Source: Candidatus Pampinifervens sinense
GTDB lineage: Bacteria > Aquificota > Aquificia > Aquificales > Aquificaceae
Assembly: GCA_037927135.1 (NCBI GenBank)
Contig: JAXSPP010000001.1
Span: 1-64,000, forward strand
Direction of reading: 5' to 3'
DNA: 64,000 nucleotides
Both the position numbers and the translations under genes were made by a program. The notes beneath the pieces are model-generated. The model made no database searches. It had not been told where the DNA came from and saw only the letters and a list, made by a program, of their open reading frames with translations. Positions 18,870 through 28,668 of this stretch are shown here, piece by piece; the first letter of the stretch is position 1, and the number at the start of each line of letters is the position of its first letter.

Positions 18870-19440
18870 GCTCCCTTTTTACCTCCTCTATACTAAGGGA
18901 GTTTTCAAGAGAATGTATGAAGAAGGCCCATTTATCAGCACCAAACAAAAGCGTGCCAATGGGCTTGAGAGGGTATTTCATCAAAAATATGAAAAGTGGT
19001 GTGATAAGGAACTTGTTTATGTCCAAAAGGGCCATATGACCACCTTCTTTCAAAACTCTTTTTGCCTCTTTGAGAAAGGCCTTTCTATTTAGAAGATGCC
19101 TGTAGACTAAGGAAAGACTTATGGAAGAAAAAGAACCATCTTTAAAAGGCATGTTTTCCGCATCCGCTACCAAGAACTTACAAACTTTACATTTAGCTTT
19201 TGCTATTTTCAACATCTCCAGAGATATATCTATACCTACCCTCAGGCCTTTGTTTTGAGACTTTAAAAGCACTTCCCCAGTGCCTGTTCCCACATCAAGC
19301 CTATTTCCTTCATAAGGAAGCATTTCAAGAAGGTCCCTTTGCCATTGGTTTATCTGTTTTAGCGTTACAAGGTTAAGAAAAAAGTCATATTTTTTACTTA
19401 TTGCAGAAAATATGTCCTGTACTTGCTTTTTTGTTATCAT
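18787..19440 (-). CDS. UbiE/MenG family quinone biosynthesis C-methyltransferase
   Basis: VQDIFSAISKKYD..N, LDVGTGTG, DAENMPF, RVLKEGG. Confidence 0.85.
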   Translation of the reverse strand: MITKKQVQDIFSAISKKYDFFLNLVTLKQINQWQRDLLEMLPYEGNRLDVGTGTGEVLLKSQNKGLRVGIDISLEMLKIAKAKCKVCKFLVADAENMPFKDGSFSSISLSLVYRHLLNRKAFLKEAKRVLKEGGHMALLDINKFLITPLFIFLMKYPLKPIGTLLFGADKWAFFIHSLENSLSIEEVKRELEEEGFYVVEVQRKLLGLVYIILAKRS

Positions 19441-19500
19441 AGCTTAGATTAATTATAATTTATATCAGTTATAAAGGGGGGGTATAAGGAAGGATATATT

Positions 19501-20241
19501 ATGTGGGAGGTATATACAGTACTTTTTATAGCTATACTAATATTCGGTGTGGGATACCTAGTAAAGGATCTGCTTTTTAGAAGGCTGGCCCTTTTGTATT
19601 CAACCGCATTCCTATTACTTGTCTCTAGCTATACTTTAAGATCAATAAAGCAAGAGAGTATATATAGTACTTTTTTAAACCTTCTCTTTTATGTAATGCT
19701 TCTATACGCCTTTCTTCTTAGCTATAAGCTTGTAAAGACACAAAAAAAGGAAACGGAAAAGAAATATTTAGATGGGTTGACAGAAGCCTTTAATAGATTA
19801 TACCTTGAGGAAGTATTACCTCGAAGGATTAAAACAATTTTAAACCTGGGCTTAAATTATTTCGTTGCTTTTTTAGATTTGGATAACCTTAAACAGGTAA
19901 ACGATACTTATGGACATTTAAAAGGTGATGAGCTTATAAAGAATCTTGCCAAAGTTATAAAGCAGTCTATCAGAAGTCATGAAGATGTAGTAATAAGGTA
20001 TGGAGGTGATGAATTTTTAATAGTGGCACCTATTAGGTCTTGTGGTGATAGTTTGATTCTCCTTGAAAGAATAGAGAGAAATATAGAGGAATTAAATTCC
20101 TCTCTTGATATTCCAATATCCATATCCGTTGGTTTTGCATGCTATCCTGATGATGGAAAGGATTTTAAAAAGCTTTTAGAGGTGGCGGATAAAAGAATGT
20201 ATCAAATTAAGTTGGCAAAAAAGGGCCTTATTTCTACATAG
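19501..20241 (+). CDS. Membrane-anchored diguanylate cyclase (GGDEF)
   Basis: Three N-terminal TMs, DGLTEAFNR, DLDNLKQVNDTYGH..GD, RYGGDEF, ADKRMY. Confidence 0.93.
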   Translation: MWEVYTVLFIAILIFGVGYLVKDLLFRRLALLYSTAFLLLVSSYTLRSIKQESIYSTFLNLLFYVMLLYAFLLSYKLVKTQKKETEKKYLDGLTEAFNRLYLEEVLPRRIKTILNLGLNYFVAFLDLDNLKQVNDTYGHLKGDELIKNLAKVIKQSIRSHEDVVIRYGGDEFLIVAPIRSCGDSLILLERIERNIEELNSSLDIPISISVGFACYPDDGKDFKKLLEVADKRMYQIKLAKKGLIST

Positions 20242-20801
20242 GTCAAAATCCTCTCTTGCGTTTTATTTCTTCTATAAGACGGTAGGTCATGGTGACAGAT
20301 GGTGCAAACCTTGTATACAAAAAGGTATTTTATTCCGCTTTTCTTTAATCTTAATATGGCCTCTTCTTGCGTATCCATGTAAAACCTTTTGTTTTTAAAG
20401 TGAAGACACGTGAAATAATCTTTAAACTCTTCTCCAACTTCATAACAACAAGCCTTGGCAGAAGGACCAACAAAGGCTAAGAAGTTATCTAAAGGCTCAA
20501 GCTTAGAAAGTTTTTCTACAGTTTTTTCCACTATGCCTTCTTTTAGGCCCCTCCAGCCTGCATGGGCTACAGCTACCGTTTTCTCTCCAAGGAAGGCCAA
20601 AGGCACACAGTCTGCAGATTTCACACCTATCTTTAAACCTACTCTTTGTGTAATCATGGCATCACCCTCAAGGCCATCTGTAAGGCCATCCAAAACATAA
20701 ACCTTGGAGGAATGAATCTGCTTGAGGGTCATAACATCTTTGTCCCTTTCCCATCTTTTGAGAACTAGCCTTGCACTACCTCTTTCTAATGAAAAGATCA
20801 T
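20202..20801 (-). CDS. pgeF: PgeF/YfiH laccase-domain protein
   Basis: KQIHS, SADCVP, HAGWRG, GPSA..CCYEVG, SYRR. Start placed at ATG overlapping the proC stop. Confidence 0.88.
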   Translation of the reverse strand: MIFSLERGSARLVLKRWERDKDVMTLKQIHSSKVYVLDGLTDGLEGDAMITQRVGLKIGVKSADCVPLAFLGEKTVAVAHAGWRGLKEGIVEKTVEKLSKLEPLDNFLAFVGPSAKACCYEVGEEFKDYFTCLHFKNKRFYMDTQEEAILRLKKSGIKYLFVYKVCTICHHDLPSYRRNKTQERILTYVEIRPFFANLI

Positions 20802-21571
20802 AAGAGCCTTTTGGCCTTCTCTGAGGTCTTTTGAATACACTCCATAATTATGCCAGTAAAGCCCCTCTCCTCAAGCACCTTTATACCTTCTATGGTGGTC
20901 CCACCGGGAGAGGCCACCTTGCTTACCCAATCCTCCGGATGTCCTCCCATTACCTTCAAAAGCTCACAAGAACCCAAAAGCATATCTATGGCTATGGACT
21001 TGGCAAGCTGGTAAGAAAAGCCTTCTCTCACTCCCGCTAAAGCCAAGGCATGCACGAACTTGAAGGCAAAGGCAGGGCCAGAACCCGCAAGGGCTGTAAA
21101 GGCATCAAAAAGACTCTCCTCTATCTCATACAGGCTTCCAGCCTTAGAAAAGACCTTTTTAAAGCTTTCCTTTTCCTCTTCTTTTACTCCCCTTCCAAAG
21201 GCGCAGGCTATGGTAGCTTTCCCCACAAGGGCATTTATGTTGGGCATAAGCCTTATGATCCTTGAACTTCCTATAAATTCTTCTATCTTTGAAAGGCTAA
21301 TGCCAGCCACCACGCTTATCAAAAGCCTATTTCCTATATTTTCCCTTATCTCCCTTAGCACACCTTCTACATCCTTTGGCTTTACTGCAAGCAAAAGCCA
21401 GTCTGAACTCTCCAAAAGAAATTCCAGACTACTTGCCACCCCAAGGCCTTCCAAAAGGGCCTTCTGTCTTTTCTCCTCGCTTACATCATAAACCACTATC
21501 TCTGCATGTTCTTTAATAGCCTTTGAAAAGCTTTCTCCCATGTTGCCATATCCAATAACTCCCACCCTCAT
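20798..21571 (-). CDS. proC: Pyrroline-5-carboxylate reductase
   Basis: GYGNMG, LAVKP, RLMPN, AGSGPAF, VASPGGTTIEG; start at MRVGVIG. Confidence 0.95.
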   Translation of the reverse strand: MRVGVIGYGNMGESFSKAIKEHAEIVVYDVSEEKRQKALLEGLGVASSLEFLLESSDWLLLAVKPKDVEGVLREIRENIGNRLLISVVAGISLSKIEEFIGSSRIIRLMPNINALVGKATIACAFGRGVKEEEKESFKKVFSKAGSLYEIEESLFDAFTALAGSGPAFAFKFVHALALAGVREGFSYQLAKSIAIDMLLGSCELLKVMGGHPEDWVSKVASPGGTTIEGIKVLEERGFTGIIMECIQKTSEKAKRLL

Positions 21572-21573
21572 GT

Positions 21574-22407
21574 CTACCTTCTCCTTAGCTTTGATAGTAA
21601 TCTTTCCCAAAAACTTATAGGCTGAGGCTTTATATCCAAAGGTAGTTTGGATAAAGCATTGGTGAGGTCTCTTATTAGGCCTTCATCAAAAGGATTCTGT
21701 TCTACTATATTCCTTATCATCTTTGGGATAAACCTTATGCTACCCAAATACCTTACCTCTGCAGAAGTAAACTTTTCACATACTACTTTTATACTCTCAA
21801 AAACCTTTATACCTTCTTCATAATTTTGCACCTTGTTTACAATTAGATAAAATTCTTTTACCTTTTCTTCCTGGTTTAGCACCTTTATAAGCCCGTAGGC
21901 ATCCGCTATGGCCGTCGGTTCTGGCGTAGTTACCACAATGGGTATATGGCTTGAGGACACAAGGGCTGTAGTATCGGAATGAATACCTGGTGGTGTGTCA
22001 AAGATAACCCACTGATAGTTCCTTTCTGCATATTCCTGAAGTCTGTATATTAAACTTTTGAGTTGGGCTGATGGAAGATTTACTAGCTCTCTTATACCGC
22101 TACCGCTGGAGATAAAAGCAAGCTTTTCCTCCAAAGGCACAACCACTTCCTCAATGGAAGCCTCACCTATGAAGAAGTGATACAGATTCTTTGAAGGTGT
22201 TATACCAAGCATTATATGAACATTGCTAAGACCAAGATCGCCATCCACTATGAGAACCTTCTTCCCAGTTTTACTTATTATCTTACCTATATTTATAGTC
22301 AGGAGTGTTTTGCCCACCCCACCTTTACCACTCGCCACAGCCATATACCCTGTTTTTTCTCCTTTACCTTCAGCCTTCAACAAGTGTAAAGCTTGCGCCT
22401 CCATCAT
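21574..22407 (-). CDS. flhG: Flagellar number regulator FlhG (MinD-like ATPase)
   Basis: ASGKGGVGKT, DGDLGLSN, TPEPTAIADAYGLIK, amphipathic C-terminus FWERLLSKL; follows flhF. Confidence 0.92.
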   Translation of the reverse strand: MMEAQALHLLKAEGKGEKTGYMAVASGKGGVGKTLLTINIGKIISKTGKKVLIVDGDLGLSNVHIMLGITPSKNLYHFFIGEASIEEVVVPLEEKLAFISSGSGIRELVNLPSAQLKSLIYRLQEYAERNYQWVIFDTPPGIHSDTTALVSSSHIPIVVTTPEPTAIADAYGLIKVLNQEEKVKEFYLIVNKVQNYEEGIKVFESIKVVCEKFTSAEVRYLGSIRFIPKMIRNIVEQNPFDEGLIRDLTNALSKLPLDIKPQPISFWERLLSKLRRR

Positions 22408-23510
22408 AAGGCTCCTAAAAATATCTTAGCCAAATACTCATAGCTTGCCATGACCAGATCCTCTGGAACTCTTTGCCCTGTGGTAAAACATAGTATAGGC
22501 AACTGTGTCCTGTAAGCTACATTTATGACAGTTCCAAAGTAGTTTGTCTCATCCAGTTTAGTAAATATAAGGCCTGAAGGCTCTACAAAGCTAAAGTTTT
22601 CTATAACCTCATACTGTACCCTTTCTTCTGTATTTGCTCCAAGGGTTATGTAGGTTTTTAGTGCGGGAAGTTTTGCAAAGAAAGGATAAAGTTCCTTTAT
22701 TCTTATCTCATCGTACTGACTTCTACCACCTGTGTCTACAAGTAAAAGATCAAGGGAAGAAAGCTCTCCTATACATTCCCTTAACTTGTAGGGTGTGTCT
22801 GCAACCCTAAAAGGAAGCTCCATTATGTTGGCATAGGTTCTAAGCTGTTCTATCGCTCCTACTCTGTAGCTATCTATAGTAATAAGGCCCACCCTTTTGC
22901 CCTTATTTTTTAACATATACGCCAGCTTTGCTATGGTGGTGGTTTTACCCACGCCAGTAGGGCCAAGGAGTGCAATTACGCTAAAGCCTTCCTCAGGAAA
23001 GTTTTCCACAAGCCTTATGTTTTTACTAAAACCTTCCATAAGAGACTCCATGTTCTCACCCTTTAGGTCAAGCCTCTTTAGTTCAAAGTCATAACCGCAG
23101 GCTGATTCTACGATCTTTTGGGCAACATCCCTTGAGACTCCTCTGTTTATAAGCTTATTCATAAGGTGCAAGGCTCTTATAGAGTATTCGGATTCTAAGT
23201 CATCTTTTTTTACCTCTTCCTTTTCTATCTTTTGCCTTTTTACAAGCTCCATAACCTCTTTTAGGTTTTCTTTAAGCCTGTTTATCTCTTGGTAGAGGCT
23301 TTCTTCCTTTTTTAGCTCTGTAGCAAAATCCTCCTTGTCTGGTATGCCTATAGTTATTTCCAACTTTGATCTTTTGGGGAAAGGTAAAAAGGGTATAAGT
23401 CTTTGTTTTATTACCCTTGTGGACAGGATAACCGCTTCAGACCCATATAGGGCCCTTACCTCCTCCACAGCCTCCTGAATAGAATCCACAATAAGCTTTT
23501 TAATCTTCAT
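22404..23510 (-). CDS. flhF: Flagellar biosynthesis SRP-type GTPase FlhF
   Basis: [46 protein letters not shown]. Confidence 0.95.
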   Translation of the reverse strand: MKIKKLIVDSIQEAVEEVRALYGSEAVILSTRVIKQRLIPFLPFPKRSKLEITIGIPDKEDFATELKKEESLYQEINRLKENLKEVMELVKRQKIEKEEVKKDDLESEYSIRALHLMNKLINRGVSRDVAQKIVESACGYDFELKRLDLKGENMESLMEGFSKNIRLVENFPEEGFSVIALLGPTGVGKTTTIAKLAYMLKNKGKRVGLITIDSYRVGAIEQLRTYANIMELPFRVADTPYKLRECIGELSSLDLLLVDTGGRSQYDEIRIKELYPFFAKLPALKTYITLGANTEERVQYEVIENFSFVEPSGLIFTKLDETNYFGTVINVAYRTQLPILCFTTGQRVPEDLVMASYEYLAKIFLGAL

Positions 23511-25536
23511 CTATTACACCTATAACCTTTAAGTTTAGCTGTCTATCAAGTTCATTATAAGACAGCACTGTGAGGTTTGGCATGTAGTTTTCAAGCACTT
23601 TTCTTACATGCCTCCTTATGCTTCCTGAGGTTATGATAAGAGGCAATGCTTGATATTGGTTGAACTTAACCACCTCTTGCGACAGCTTGGGATATACTTT
23701 ATTTATCAAAAGGTCCAAAAACTCATCCTCTTTTCCTTCTTGAACATAGGCTGTAAGCTTTGCCTCAAGCTTGGGAGATAGGATCATGGCATACAAGGTT
23801 CCGTTGGTGCTATAAAGCCTCGTAATCCTTTTGGAAAGTCTCTGTCTTACAAACTCTGTAAGCAGATCTGGATCCTTTGTCTGTTCTATGTAGTCTGCAA
23901 GGGTTTCAAGTATGGTAAGAAGGTCGTTTATGGGTATGCCTTCCCTTAGGAGGTTTTGAAGCACTCTATGAAGTATGGATATGGGCACCACATCTGGCAC
24001 AAGGCCTTGCACCGCCTTTGGATATCTTTTGGATAAATTTTCTACCAGCTCCATAACCTCAGCCCTTCCCAGTATTTCATAGAGGTTTCTCTTTATAGTT
24101 TCACTAAGGTGGGTTATTATGACTGTAGATATATCTACCACCATATAGCCAAGCCTTTGGGCCTTATCTTTTAATTCTTCCCTTATCCAGTAGGCCTTTA
24201 GCTTAAAAGAAGGGTCCTTTGTCTCTATGCCTTGAAGGGGTTCTCTTGCGCTGCCAAGGTCTATGGCAAGCCAATGCCCCGGGAAGACTTCATAGGAATC
24301 TACCTCTATGCCTCTTATGAGTATTCTATATTGGTGAGGCTTTAGCCTTAGGTTGTCCCTAATATGCACAAGTGGGATGATCACACCATGTTCATTTGCC
24401 AACTGTCTTCTTATGGACTTTATCCTATCAGGAATGTCTCCGCCTTGCGATTCATCCACATAGGGTATAAGGCCATAGCCTATCTCAAGGGCTATGGCCT
24501 CCGGCTGTGTAAAAAACTCTTCTTCCTTCTTTTCTAAGACAGGCTTTTTCTGTTCTTTTAATGCCTCTTCAAGCTTTCTTAGCTCCTCTTGCTTTAGGGC
24601 TTTGTTCAGTGTGTAGTAGAGGCCTCCAAGGAGGCCAGCCATCAGGAAAAAGGGTAGCTTGGGAAAGCCTGGTATAAGGCCTATAAAAAGCAGAAGGCCA
24701 GAGGAAAATAGGAAGACTCTTGGCTCCTTTGAAAACTCAGCCAAGAGGGCCCTTCCAAGCCTATCCTTTGAGGAAGACTTTGTCACAACCACGCCAGCGG
24801 CCGTGGAAAGCATCAAGGCTGGTATCTGGCTTGCAAGCCCCTCTCCAACCGTTAGCAAAGAGTATGTTCTTATGGCGTCAAGAAAGTTCATACCCTTGAA
24901 GACCAATCCCACCACAAGGCCACCCACAAGGCTCAAAAAGAGTATGATGAGGGCTGCGATGGCATCTCCCCTTATAAACTTGCTTGCACCGTCCATGGCT
25001 CCATAAAAGCTTGCCTCCTGTTCAAGCTGTGCCCTCCTTCTTTTGGCCTCTTCCTCCGTTATAAGGCCTGCGTTTAGGTCTGCATCTATACTCATCTGCT
25101 TTCCGGGCATGGCATCCAAGGTAAAGCGTGCAGCCACCTCTGAGATCCTCTCCGCACCTCTGGTTATGACTATGAAGTTTATAACTATAAAAATTAGAAA
25201 GACTATAAGCCCCACCACCACGTCTCCACCTACCACAAAGGTGCCAAAGCCTTCTATTATGTGTCCTGCTGCATCCGTTCCCTCATGTCCATGAAGGAGT
25301 ATCCTTCTGGCGGCGGCTATGTTCAAAGAAAGTCTCAATAGTGTCCCTAAAAGCAATATAGTTGGGAAAACAGAAAGATCTAGTGGGTCTCTTATAAAGG
25401 TGGTAAGCACAAGCACAGTCAAAGAGAAGGTAATGCTGAGGGCAAGAAGAAGGTCCAGAAGTATGGCTGGAATTGGTAGTATTACAGCGCTTAGTATAAC
25501 TATAAAGGCTATGATTATCCACCCTTCCCTCAGCAT
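23500..25536 (-). CDS. flhA: Flagellar export apparatus protein FlhA
   Basis: [42 protein letters not shown]. Confidence 0.97.
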   Translation of the reverse strand: MLREGWIIIAFIVILSAVILPIPAILLDLLLALSITFSLTVLVLTTFIRDPLDLSVFPTILLLGTLLRLSLNIAAARRILLHGHEGTDAAGHIIEGFGTFVVGGDVVVGLIVFLIFIVINFIVITRGAERISEVAARFTLDAMPGKQMSIDADLNAGLITEEEAKRRRAQLEQEASFYGAMDGASKFIRGDAIAALIILFLSLVGGLVVGLVFKGMNFLDAIRTYSLLTVGEGLASQIPALMLSTAAGVVVTKSSSKDRLGRALLAEFSKEPRVFLFSSGLLLFIGLIPGFPKLPFFLMAGLLGGLYYTLNKALKQEELRKLEEALKEQKKPVLEKKEEEFFTQPEAIALEIGYGLIPYVDESQGGDIPDRIKSIRRQLANEHGVIIPLVHIRDNLRLKPHQYRILIRGIEVDSYEVFPGHWLAIDLGSAREPLQGIETKDPSFKLKAYWIREELKDKAQRLGYMVVDISTVIITHLSETIKRNLYEILGRAEVMELVENLSKRYPKAVQGLVPDVVPISILHRVLQNLLREGIPINDLLTILETLADYIEQTKDPDLLTEFVRQRLSKRITRLYSTNGTLYAMILSPKLEAKLTAYVQEGKEDEFLDLLINKVYPKLSQEVVKFNQYQALPLIITSGSIRRHVRKVLENYMPNLTVLSYNELDRQLNLKVIGVIDED

Positions 25537-25540
25537 AGAC

Positions 25541-25549
25541 TATAATATA
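25541..25549. promoter_or_regulatory. Overlapping divergent -10 elements for flhA (minus, TATATT) and the mglB operon (plus, TATAAT)
   Basis: Plus-strand TATAAT 25541-25546; minus-strand TATATT 25549-25544, 7 nt before the flhA ATG; intergenic gap is only 48 bp. Confidence 0.5.
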
Positions 25550-25584
25550 CTCTTAATTAATTTCACAAAAAAGGAGGGGCACAG

Positions 25585-26076
25585 TTGGAACTTGACCTTA
25601 TTGAATATGATATAGATCCAAGTATAAAAAAGCAGGTGGAGAATGTTTTAGAAAACCTTTTGGAAAAAACTTCAGCCAGTGTAGTTATACTTACAGATGA
25701 TGCTGGGAGGATAGTTAGCATAAAAGGTGGACACTACAAGGATACCGATGTGGATTTCCTTGCTACTCTTATAAGCGGAGTTTTTGGTGCCGCTGTGGAG
25801 ATGGGAAAAATTCTTAGAATGGAAGATCTTGAAGTGCTTCAGTATGAAAGCAAAAGTATGGATGTAGTTATAAAATTTATACCTCCTAGGTTTCTCCTTG
25901 GAATCATTATAGAAAAAGGTATAGCACTAGGTACTGTTAGGCTTTTTCTAAAAGAGGCTAGCGAAGTTCTTGAAAAAGTTTTGGCAGATGTTAAGATGGT
26001 TCCAGTAAGGGAAATTAGGATGAGCATTAGAGAACTTGAAGAAAAGCTAAATAGGATCCTTGGAGGAAATCAATGA
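25585..26076 (+). CDS. mglB: MglB-like roadblock/LC7 protein (putative GAP)
   Basis: VILTDDAGRIV, LATLISGVFGAAVEMGKIL, LGTVRLFLK resemble MglB; GGAGG before TTG start; directly upstream of mglA. Confidence 0.85.
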   Translation: MELDLIEYDIDPSIKKQVENVLENLLEKTSASVVILTDDAGRIVSIKGGHYKDTDVDFLATLISGVFGAAVEMGKILRMEDLEVLQYESKSMDVVIKFIPPRFLLGIIIEKGIALGTVRLFLKEASEVLEKVLADVKMVPVREIRMSIRELEEKLNRILGGNQ

Positions 26077-26642
26077 GGTTAAAAATAGTCTATTTTGGAT
26101 CGAGTTTGGCTGGTAAGAGTACAAATGTAAAAACACTGTATCAAATTTTAAAGTCAAAAAATTTAACAAAAGGAGATATGATAGTGATGGAAACGGAAGA
26201 ACAAAGAACGTTCTTTGTGGAAATGTTTATAAGTTCTATAAATATTGATGGCTATGACATTGAGATAAAGATTTTAACCACACCTGGGCAGTTTAGGCTT
26301 CATCCCCTTAGAAAGGTAATAATGAAAGGTGTAGATGGGCTAGTTTTCGTTGTGGATAGTTCAAAAGAAAGAGAGAAGGTGAATTTCCTAGTTATGCGTG
26401 AAACGGCAGCTGTGCTTAAAGAACAAGGAGAGGATCTTATGAGATTTCCTGTAGTTGTCCAATATAACAAAAGGGATCTTCCCGACGCTATGGATATAGA
26501 TGATTTACAGATTAGATTTAATCCGTGGGATACAGACTATGTGCCAGCAGTTGCCATTAGGGGAGAGGGTGTGCTTGAAACTTTTGAAAAAATCGTTAAG
26601 AAAGTGCTGATAAGTAGATATGCGAGGAGTACCGATATATAA
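26073..26642 (+). CDS. mglA: MglA-family small Ras-like GTPase (copy 1)
   Basis: LKIVYFG..AGKSTN, EEQRTFF, TTPGQ, KGVDGLVFVVDS, QYNKRDLPDA, AVAIRGEGVLETF. Confidence 0.9.
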   Translation: MRLKIVYFGSSLAGKSTNVKTLYQILKSKNLTKGDMIVMETEEQRTFFVEMFISSINIDGYDIEIKILTTPGQFRLHPLRKVIMKGVDGLVFVVDSSKEREKVNFLVMRETAAVLKEQGEDLMRFPVVVQYNKRDLPDAMDIDDLQIRFNPWDTDYVPAVAIRGEGVLETFEKIVKKVLISRYARSTDI

Positions 26643-27753
26643 AGATATAAATCTAGCTAATGTAAGGTTTGACAGTATACGCGAAGAAATAAAAGCTAAA
26701 GCATTTACCGGTTTTATAAAAATCAGCTATTGGGATATGGAAGATTATCTCTACTTTTTAATGGGAGAACCCGTGGATGGTATAAGATGTTTTTCCAATG
26801 GTAGGAGGGAGAAAATAGAAGTTAAGGATTATAAACCTGTAAGCACAACCGGCATCTTTTCACTTTATACCACTTCACCTATAGAAATCTTTGCGTTCAA
26901 AGAAGCACTGCAGGATAGAGTTACGCCTTATACCTTTGTAGGTTATGGTCAAGAACTTGTAGCACCTATTCAACTATCTCATACAGACCCTAATCGTGTT
27001 TTAGAAGATATGGCATCCATGGACATATACGGTTATATGCTTATATCCAAAAAGGACAATCTAGACTATCTTATAGTTCTTGCAAAGGGAAAACCTACTT
27101 GTGTATATAGGTCGGGGCTGTATAAATATGCAGGCAAGGAAGTTATTGAAATTAGTAAAGAACCCTCTTATTTGGCTGTATATAAAACAGAACCTGAATT
27201 TGTAAATTTCTTAGCTTCCTTAGATACACTTAAAAAATTGGAAGATGTAAAGCTAAAGAAGCTTGAGGATGCAAAAGATGTAGTTGATAAACTAACAGAA
27301 GGTTTTAAGCTTTTGGAGATCATCATCTCATACGGTTTAAGGTTATTTATGTTATTGAGTGGAAAGCTTTTGATTTTTAAAGTTTTAAGAGGCTTTACAG
27401 ACATAAAGACGGAAGTGAAATTACCCAATTTGGACGCTGAATATTCATTAAGGATATATAGCATTGAAATAAAAAATAAACTGTCTTTAGTTGATGTGGT
27501 CTTTTCCTCTTATACTGAAACATACACAGACTATGTACCCAAAGATGTGCTTCTTTCCATAAATAAAGCTTTTATAGAGGAGATAGGCCCTATAGGTGTA
27601 CTTGTTTGGAAAAAGGTGTTTGAGAAGCTAGGGTTTGATCTAGATAAGCTGCCAAGAAGTAGGCTAATGGAGTTTATAGATCTGTTGGCTAAGGAGATAC
27701 CCGATGAAAAGCATGCAAATAGATTTATAGAAAAAATAAGGAGGTGGGTGTGA
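26620..27753 (+). CDS. Hypothetical protein with PATAN/DUF4388-like repeats and a C-terminal helical 'IGP' domain
   Basis: KAFTGFIKISY..YLYFLMGEP and DIYGYMLIS..LIVLAKGKP repeats; C-terminal FIEEIGPIGVLVWKK. Domain call is by eye; overlaps both neighbours. Confidence 0.6.
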   Translation: MRGVPIYKDINLANVRFDSIREEIKAKAFTGFIKISYWDMEDYLYFLMGEPVDGIRCFSNGRREKIEVKDYKPVSTTGIFSLYTTSPIEIFAFKEALQDRVTPYTFVGYGQELVAPIQLSHTDPNRVLEDMASMDIYGYMLISKKDNLDYLIVLAKGKPTCVYRSGLYKYAGKEVIEISKEPSYLAVYKTEPEFVNFLASLDTLKKLEDVKLKKLEDAKDVVDKLTEGFKLLEIIISYGLRLFMLLSGKLLIFKVLRGFTDIKTEVKLPNLDAEYSLRIYSIEIKNKLSLVDVVFSSYTETYTDYVPKDVLLSINKAFIEEIGPIGVLVWKKVFEKLGFDLDKLPRSRLMEFIDLLAKEIPDEKHANRFIEKIRRWV

Positions 27754-28655
27754 TGAAAAAGTTTCTACCTAAAAGTATAAGATGGAAAATAAGCTTGCCT
27801 ATTTTACTTTTTGGTGTAGTAGCGGGTTTGGGTACTGGTATATATACATACAAAACAGAGGTGGACAAAGCTATATATACAACTGAAGAAAAGGTAAAAA
27901 CAGCTATAACCTTTAGTGATAGTGCACGAGAGTATGTAAGGAAAACACTTAGACCTGTTCTTTTTGATTTCCTTGGAAGGGCTAAGGGCTGTATTCAAGA
28001 GGACTTTATATTAGAAGGGCAGTCATCTAGCTTTTTTACAGCGTCCATCTTTAACATGGTTAATGAAAAAATGCCTGACTTTCAGCTAAGACAAGTAGCT
28101 TTTAGACCTATTAATCCAAAGAATGAGCCCACACCTGAAGAAGCTAACATAATAAACTTTATGAAGATTAACAACAAAAAGGAATATGTGGGTGTGATAG
28201 AAATAAATGGGCAGAGGTATTTTGTACATGCTTATGGAAAGGTGGCAGAAGCTGGATGTATGCAATGCCACTATAAAAGGGAAGCTATGCCCAAAACCCT
28301 ATTGGCCAAGTACAATCCACCCTACGACCCTAACTGGAAGGTAGGTGAACTTGTAGGGGCGGTTATTGTTTCTGTGCCTTTTGAAACCATAATACTAAAA
28401 GCACAGCTAAATGGTCTTATAAGAGGTCTTGCTGTCTTTGGTATATTTCTAGGAATTACAGCTTTTATACTCGTAGCCCTTGACAGGCTTGTCTTTAAAC
28501 CTGTGGAAGAACTTCAAAGGAAGGCTGAAGAGATAGCTAAAGGTAATGTGGATGAGCCCATTGAGGTTATGTCTGACGATGAGATAGGTAGGCTGGCAGA
28601 AGCCTTTGAAAGGATGAGGGTAAGTATCAAGAAGGTTATGGACCTTCTTAAATGA
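27753..28655 (+). CDS. Membrane receptor with periplasmic c-type heme (DUF3365/Tll0287-like) domain and HAMP, no output domain
   Basis: TM1, RPINPKNEPTPEE, CMQCH (CxxCH), WKVGELVGAVIVSVP, TM2, HAMP (KPVEEL...DDEIGRLAEAFERM), stop about 11 aa later; ATG overlaps upstream TGA. Confidence 0.85.
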   Translation: MKKFLPKSIRWKISLPILLFGVVAGLGTGIYTYKTEVDKAIYTTEEKVKTAITFSDSAREYVRKTLRPVLFDFLGRAKGCIQEDFILEGQSSSFFTASIFNMVNEKMPDFQLRQVAFRPINPKNEPTPEEANIINFMKINNKKEYVGVIEINGQRYFVHAYGKVAEAGCMQCHYKREAMPKTLLAKYNPPYDPNWKVGELVGAVIVSVPFETIILKAQLNGLIRGLAVFGIFLGITAFILVALDRLVFKPVEELQRKAEEIAKGNVDEPIEVMSDDEIGRLAEAFERMRVSIKKVMDLLK

Positions 28656-28668
28656 TATAATGGAATAG

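Noticed and set aside
19459-19475. TTTATA-N5-TATAAA upstream of the GGDEF gene, similar to the CTTATA-N5-TATAAG motif
   Set aside because: Lies in a very AT-rich spacer, lacks the outer C/G and the neighbouring TTGACA; may be chance.
23500-25536. FlhA as an injectisome (SctV) component
   Set aside because: Followed by flhF and flhG, which marks it as flagellar.
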